Shown piece after piece: positions 26,845 to 32,000 of a DNA stretch of 32,000 nucleotides. The notes below the pieces were generated by a model, which worked only from the letters and a program-made list of their open reading frames with translations, had not been told where the DNA came from and searched no databases. Positions within the stretch are counted from its first letter, which is position 1. Each line of letters starts with the position of its first letter. The stretch lies in the NCBI RefSeq assembly GCF_045348745.1, contig NZ_CP162163.1. The stretch is one strand, 5' to 3'. The stretch is from Escherichia coli (GTDB lineage: Bacteria > Pseudomonadota > Gammaproteobacteria > Enterobacterales > Enterobacteriaceae). Made by a program: the position numbers and the translations under genes.

Positions 26845-28497
26845 ATGTTTTGTGTGCAATGTGAACAAACTATCCGTACTCCGGCAGGAAACGGCTGCTC
26901 ATACGCGCAGGGGATGTGTGGTAAAACGGCGGAAACTTCTGACCTTCAGGATTTACTCATCGCGGCGCTGCAAGGGCTTTCTGCCTGGGCGGTAAAAGCG
27001 CGTGAATACGGCATCATCAACCACGATGTTGACAGCTTCGCGCCACGTGCCTTTTTCTCAACCCTGACCAACGTTAACTTCGATTCTCCGCGTATTGTCG
27101 GCTACGCTCGTGAAGCGATTGCCCTGCGCGAGGCGCTGAAAGCGCAATGCCTGGCTGTAGATGCCAACGCGCGCGTCGATAACCCGATGGCTGACCTGCA
27201 ACTGGTGAGCGACGATCTCGGCGAGCTGCAACGTCAGGCAGCAGAATTTACCCCTAACAAAGATAAAGCGGCGATTGGCGAAAACATTCTCGGCCTGCGT
27301 CTGCTGTGCCTGTATGGCCTGAAAGGTGCAGCGGCCTATATGGAACACGCGCATGTTCTCGGTCAATACGACAACGATATTTATGCCCAGTATCATAAAA
27401 TCATGGCGTGGCTGGGGACCTGGCCTGCCGATATGAACGCGCTTCTTGAGTGTTCAATGGAAATCGGCCAGATGAACTTCAAAGTGATGAGCATTCTGGA
27501 TGCAGGCGAAACCGGTAAATACGGTCACCCGACGCCAACCCAGGTCAACGTCAAAGCGACGGCGGGTAAATGCATCCTGATTTCCGGTCACGATCTCAAA
27601 GATCTCTACAACCTGCTGGAACAGACCGAAGGCACGGGCGTTAATGTTTACACCCACGGCGAAATGCTGCCTGCGCATGGCTACCCGGAGCTGCGTAAAT
27701 TCAAGCATCTGGTCGGTAACTACGGCAGCGGCTGGCAGAATCAGCAAGTGGAGTTCGCTCGTTTCCCTGGCCCCATCGTGATGACCTCGAACTGCATCAT
27801 CGACCCAACCGTAGGCGCTTATGACGATCGTATCTGGACCCGCAGCATCGTTGGCTGGCCGGGTGTGCGTCATCTGGATGGCGAAGATTTTTCTGCGGTC
27901 ATCGCCCAGGCGCAACAAATGGCGGGCTTCCCGTACAGCGAAATTCCTCACCTGATCACCGTGGGCTTTGGTCGCCAGACGCTGCTTGGTGCAGCCGATA
28001 CGCTGATTGATCTGGTTAGCCGTGAAAAACTGCGTCATATCTTCCTGCTTGGTGGCTGTGACGGCGCACGCGGCGAGCGCCACTACTTCACCGATTTCGC
28101 CACCAGCGTGCCGGATGACTGCCTGATCCTGACCCTCGCCTGTGGTAAATATCGCTTTAACAAACTTGAGTTTGGCGATATCGAAGGTCTGCCGCGTCTG
28201 GTAGATGCAGGTCAATGTAACGATGCTTACTCAGCGATTATTCTGGCTGTCACTCTGGCAGAGAAACTGGGCTGCGGTGTCAACGATCTGCCGCTGTCGC
28301 TGGTGCTCTCCTGGTTTGAACAGAAAGCGATCGTCATTCTGCTGACGCTGCTTTCTCTGGGCGTGAAAAATATCGTCACCGGCCCGACTGCACCTGGTTT
28401 CCTGACACCAGACCTGCTGGCGGTGCTGAACGAGAAATTTGGCCTGCGTTCTATCACCACTGTTGAAGAAGACATGAAGCAACTGTTGAGCGCGTAA
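26845..28497 (+). CDS. hcp: Hydroxylamine reductase (hybrid cluster protein)
   Basis: 550 aa [33 protein letters not shown]...; cysteine pattern of Hcp. Confidence 0.97.
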   Translation: MFCVQCEQTIRTPAGNGCSYAQGMCGKTAETSDLQDLLIAALQGLSAWAVKAREYGIINHDVDSFAPRAFFSTLTNVNFDSPRIVGYAREAIALREALKAQCLAVDANARVDNPMADLQLVSDDLGELQRQAAEFTPNKDKAAIGENILGLRLLCLYGLKGAAAYMEHAHVLGQYDNDIYAQYHKIMAWLGTWPADMNALLECSMEIGQMNFKVMSILDAGETGKYGHPTPTQVNVKATAGKCILISGHDLKDLYNLLEQTEGTGVNVYTHGEMLPAHGYPELRKFKHLVGNYGSGWQNQQVEFARFPGPIVMTSNCIIDPTVGAYDDRIWTRSIVGWPGVRHLDGEDFSAVIAQAQQMAGFPYSEIPHLITVGFGRQTLLGAADTLIDLVSREKLRHIFLLGGCDGARGERHYFTDFATSVPDDCLILTLACGKYRFNKLEFGDIEGLPRLVDAGQCNDAYSAIILAVTLAEKLGCGVNDLPLSLVLSWFEQKAIVILLTLLSLGVKNIVTGPTAPGFLTPDLLAVLNEKFGLRSITTVEEDMKQLLSA

Positions 28498-28508
28498 GGA
28501 GTTTGTCG

Positions 28509-29477
28509 ATGACGATGCCAACGAATCAATGCCCGTGGCGGATGCAGGTTCATCACATTACGCAAGAAACGCCGGATGTGTGGACGATTTCCCTGATTTG
28601 CCACGATTACTACCCATATCGCGCCGGGCAATATGCACTGGTCAGCGTGCGAAACTCAGCGGAAACGCTGCGTGCTTACACCATTTCCTCCACGCCAGGC
28701 GTGAGTGAATATATCACCCTGACCGTGCGGCGGATTGATGACGGTGTCGGCTCCCAGTGGCTGACGCGCGATGTAAAACGCGGTGATTATCTCTGGCTTT
28801 CGGACGCGATGGGGGAATTTACCTGCGACGATAAAGCAGAAGATAAATTCCTGTTGCTGGCGGCAGGCTGCGGCGTCACGCCGATTATGTCGATGCGTCG
28901 CTGGCTTGCGAAGAACCGTCCACAGGCCGATGTGCGGGTGATCTACAACGTGCGTACGCCGCAGGATGTTATTTTCGCCGATGAGTGGCGTAACTATCCG
29001 GTAACGCTGGTGGCAGAAAATAACGTTACCGAAGGCTTTATCGCTGGTCGTCTCACTCGCGAACTGCTGGCAGGTGTACCTGACTTAGCTTCACGTACCG
29101 TGATGACCTGCGGCCCGGCTCCGTATATGGATTGGGTAGAGCAGGAAGTGAAAGCGCTCGGCGTGACGCGTTTCTTTAAAGAGAAATTCTTCACCCCAGT
29201 AGCAGAAGCGGCGACCAGCGGTCTGAAATTCACCAAACTGCAACCGGCACGAGAATTTTACGCCCCGGTTGGCACCACGCTACTGGAGGCGCTGGAAAGC
29301 AATAACGTTCCGGTTGTCGCTGCCTGCCGTGCGGGTGTTTGCGGCTGCTGTAAGACAAAAGTGGTTTCCGGTGAATATACGGTGAGCAGTACAATGACGC
29401 TGACCGACGCCGAAATCGCTGAAGGTTACGTACTGGCCTGCTCCTGCCATCCGCAGGGGGATTTGGTTCTCGCATAA
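28509..29477 (+). CDS. hcr: NADH oxidoreductase Hcr
   Basis: 322 aa flavin reductase plus C-terminal 2Fe-2S domain (CRAGVCGCCKTKV), downstream of hcp. Confidence 0.96.
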   Translation: MTMPTNQCPWRMQVHHITQETPDVWTISLICHDYYPYRAGQYALVSVRNSAETLRAYTISSTPGVSEYITLTVRRIDDGVGSQWLTRDVKRGDYLWLSDAMGEFTCDDKAEDKFLLLAAGCGVTPIMSMRRWLAKNRPQADVRVIYNVRTPQDVIFADEWRNYPVTLVAENNVTEGFIAGRLTRELLAGVPDLASRTVMTCGPAPYMDWVEQEVKALGVTRFFKEKFFTPVAEAATSGLKFTKLQPAREFYAPVGTTLLEALESNNVPVVAACRAGVCGCCKTKVVSGEYTVSSTMTLTDAEIAEGYVLACSCHPQGDLVLA

Positions 29478-29609
29478 TCGCCTTATGCCCGATGACATTC
29501 CTTTCATCGGGCTATTTAACCGTTAGTGCCTCCTTTCTCTCCCATCCCTTCCCCCTCCGTCAGATGAACTAAACTTGTTACCGTTATCACATTCAGGAGA
29601 TGGAGAACC

Positions 29610-31328
29610 ATGAAACAAACGGTTGCAGCTTATATCGCCAAAACACTCGAATCGGCAGGGGTGAAACGCATCTGGGGAGTCACTGGCGACTCTCTGAACG
29701 GTCTTAGTGACAGTCTTAATCGCATGGGCACCATCGAGTGGATGTCCACCCGCCACGAAGAAGTGGCGGCCTTTGCCGCTGGCGCTGAAGCACAACTTAG
29801 CGGAGAACTGGCGGTCTGCGCCGGATCGTGCGGCCCCGGCAACCTGCACTTAATCAACGGCCTGTTCGATTGCCACCGCAATCACGTTCCGGTACTGGCG
29901 ATTGCCGCTCATATTCCCTCCAGCGAAATTGGCAGCGGCTATTTCCAGGAAACCCACCCACAAGAGCTATTCCGCGAATGTAGTCACTATTGCGAGCTGG
30001 TTTCCAGCCCGGAGCAGATCCCACAAGTACTGGCGATTGCCATGCGCAAAGCGGTGCTTAACCGTGGCGTTTCGGTTGTCGTGTTACCAGGCGACGTGGC
30101 GTTAAAACCTGCGCCAGAAGGGGCAACCACGCACTGGTATCATGCGCCACAACCAGTCGTGACGCCGGAAGAAGAAGAGTTACGCAAACTGGCGCAACTG
30201 CTGCGTTATTCCAGCAATATCGCCCTGATGTGTGGCAGCGGCTGCGCGGGGGCGCATAAAGAGTTAGTTGAGTTTGCCGGGAAAATTAAAGCGCCTATTG
30301 TTCATGCCCTGCGCGGTAAAGAACATGTCGAATACGATAATCCGTATGATGTTGGAATGACCGGGTTAATCGGCTTCTCGTCAGGTTTCCATACCATGAT
30401 GAACGCCGACACGTTAGTGCTACTCGGCACGCAATTTCCCTACCGCGCCTTCTACCCGACCGATGCCAAAATCATTCAGATTGATATCAACCCAGCCAGC
30501 ATCGGCGCTCACAGCAAGGTGGATATGGCACTGGTCGGCGATATCAAGTCGACTCTGCGTGCATTGCTTCCATTGGTGGAAGAAAAAGCCGATCGCAAGT
30601 TTCTGGATAAAGCGCTGGAAGATTACCGCGACGCCCGCAAAGGGCTGGACGATTTAGCTAAACCGAGCGAGAAAGCCATTCACCCGCAATATCTGGCGCA
30701 GCAAATTAGTCATTTTGCCGCCGATGACGCTATTTTCACCTGTGACGTTGGTACGCCAACGGTGTGGGCGGCACGTTATCTAAAAATGAACGGCAAGCGT
30801 CGCCTGTTAGGTTCGTTTAACCACGGTTCGATGGCTAACGCCATGCCGCAGGCGCTGGGTGCGCAGGCGACAGAGCCAGAACGTCAGGTGGTCGCCATGT
30901 GCGGCGATGGCGGTTTTAGCATGTTGATGGGCGATTTCCTCTCAGTAGTGCAGATGAAACTGCCAGTGAAAATTGTCGTCTTTAACAACAGCGTGCTGGG
31001 CTTTGTGGCGATGGAGATGAAAGCTGGTGGCTATTTGACTGACGGCACCGAACTACACGACACAAACTTTGCCCGCATTGCCGAAGCGTGCGGCATTACG
31101 GGTATCCGTGTAGAAAAAGCGTCTGAAGTTGATGAAGCCCTGCAACGCGCCTTCTCTATCGACGGTCCGGTGTTGGTGGATGTGGTGGTCGCCAAAGAAG
31201 AGTTAGCCATTCCACCGCAGATCAAACTCGAACAGGCCAAAGGTTTTAGCCTGTATATGTTGCGCGCAATTATCAGCGGACGCGGCGATGAAGTGATCGA
31301 ACTGGCGAAAACGAACTGGCTAAGGTAA
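29610..31328 (+). CDS. poxB: Pyruvate dehydrogenase (ubiquinone-dependent) / pyruvate oxidase PoxB
   Basis: 572 aa ThDP enzyme [32 protein letters not shown]..., [29 protein letters not shown]. Confidence 0.98.
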   Translation: MKQTVAAYIAKTLESAGVKRIWGVTGDSLNGLSDSLNRMGTIEWMSTRHEEVAAFAAGAEAQLSGELAVCAGSCGPGNLHLINGLFDCHRNHVPVLAIAAHIPSSEIGSGYFQETHPQELFRECSHYCELVSSPEQIPQVLAIAMRKAVLNRGVSVVVLPGDVALKPAPEGATTHWYHAPQPVVTPEEEELRKLAQLLRYSSNIALMCGSGCAGAHKELVEFAGKIKAPIVHALRGKEHVEYDNPYDVGMTGLIGFSSGFHTMMNADTLVLLGTQFPYRAFYPTDAKIIQIDINPASIGAHSKVDMALVGDIKSTLRALLPLVEEKADRKFLDKALEDYRDARKGLDDLAKPSEKAIHPQYLAQQISHFAADDAIFTCDVGTPTVWAARYLKMNGKRRLLGSFNHGSMANAMPQALGAQATEPERQVVAMCGDGGFSMLMGDFLSVVQMKLPVKIVVFNNSVLGFVAMEMKAGGYLTDGTELHDTNFARIAEACGITGIRVEKASEVDEALQRAFSIDGPVLVDVVVAKEELAIPPQIKLEQAKGFSLYMLRAIISGRGDEVIELAKTNWLR

Positions 31329-31364
31329 AAAGGGTGGCATTTCCCGTCATAATAAGGACATGCC

Positions 31365-32000
31365 ATGATTGATTTACGCAGTGATACCGTTACCCGACCG
31401 AGCCGCGCCATGCTCGAAGCGATGATGGCCGCCCCGGTTGGGGACGACGTTTACGGAGACGACCCTACCGTTAATGCTCTGCAGGACTATGCAGCAGAGC
31501 TTTCCGGTAAAGAAGCCGCCATTTTTCTGCCTACCGGCACTCAGGCCAACCTGGTCGCTCTGCTCAGTCACTGTGAACGTGGCGAAGAGTATATTGTCGG
31601 TCAGGCCGCGCATAACTATCTGTTTGAAGCCGGTGGCGCAGCGGTGCTGGGCAGTATTCAGCCGCAACCCATCGACGCGGCTGCCGACGGCACGCTACCG
31701 CTGGATAAAGTGGCGATGAAAATCAAACCCGACGATATCCATTTCGCCCGCACCAAATTACTCAGTCTGGAAAACACCCACAACGGCAAAGTGCTGCCGC
31801 GTGAATACCTGAAAGAAGCATGGGAATTTACCCGCGAGCGCAATCTGGCGCTGCATGTTGACGGTGCGCGCATCTTTAATGCCGTGGTGGCTTACGGCTG
31901 CGAACTGAAAGAGATCACGCAATATTGTGATTCGTTCACCATTTGCCTGTCGAAAGGTCTTGGGACGCCAGTCGGTTCATTACTCGTCGGTAATCGTGAT
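31365..32000 (+). CDS. ltaE: Low-specificity L-threonine aldolase, N-terminal part (truncated by window end)
   Basis: Starts [46 protein letters not shown]; frame is open to the window end. Confidence 0.95.
   Translation, partial: MIDLRSDTVTRPSRAMLEAMMAAPVGDDVYGDDPTVNALQDYAAELSGKEAAIFLPTGTQANLVALLSHCERGEEYIVGQAAHNYLFEAGGAAVLGSIQPQPIDAAADGTLPLDKVAMKIKPDDIHFARTKLLSLENTHNGKVLPREYLKEAWEFTRERNLALHVDGARIFNAVVAYGCELKEITQYCDSFTICLSKGLGTPVGSLLVGNRD

Noticed and set aside
27454-28215. 253 aa minus-strand ORF inside hcp
   Set aside because: Antisense shadow of the strongly conserved hcp gene; no recognisable domain.

Overview
The window is an E. coli-type chromosomal backbone (cydD(partial)-cydC-aat-infA-serW-clpA-clpS // cspD-macB-macA-ybjX-ybjD-aqpZ-lysO-hcp-hcr-poxB-ltaE(partial)). 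It is interrupted between clpS and cspD by a compact integrated element of about 10.6 kb (roughly 7.26-17.89 kb). The element has the architecture of a phage satellite (PICI/P4-like). From its right end it carries a tyrosine integrase, an AlpA-type regulator, small divergent genes including a ribbon-helix-helix-like protein, an Icd/Ash-like protein, a DUF4222-like protein, a P4-family primase/helicase, an iteron-rich candidate origin, an SSB, a single-gene ClpP-like prohead protease/major capsid fusion, and a DUF1441/TerS-like protein. I see no large terminase, portal, tail or lysis genes. The most interesting signals are: (i) a very small satellite with its own capsid gene but no visible TerL or portal; (ii) a 70-bp direct repeat (68/70 identical) bracketing the capsid module, with each copy beside a minus-strand terminator hairpin; (iii) ten GGTAGA-type iterons next to the primase gene; (iv) four GTCAC motifs spaced exactly 10 bp apart downstream of the TerS-like gene; (v) three TGTCAGCCAC motifs in the divergent control region; (vi) nested direct repeats that place the attachment sites. 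Separately, the serW-clpA interval holds a one-spacer orphan type I-F CRISPR remnant with no cas genes, matching the described orphan CRISPR4 arrays. All family names come from pattern recognition of the sequence; no database searches were run.
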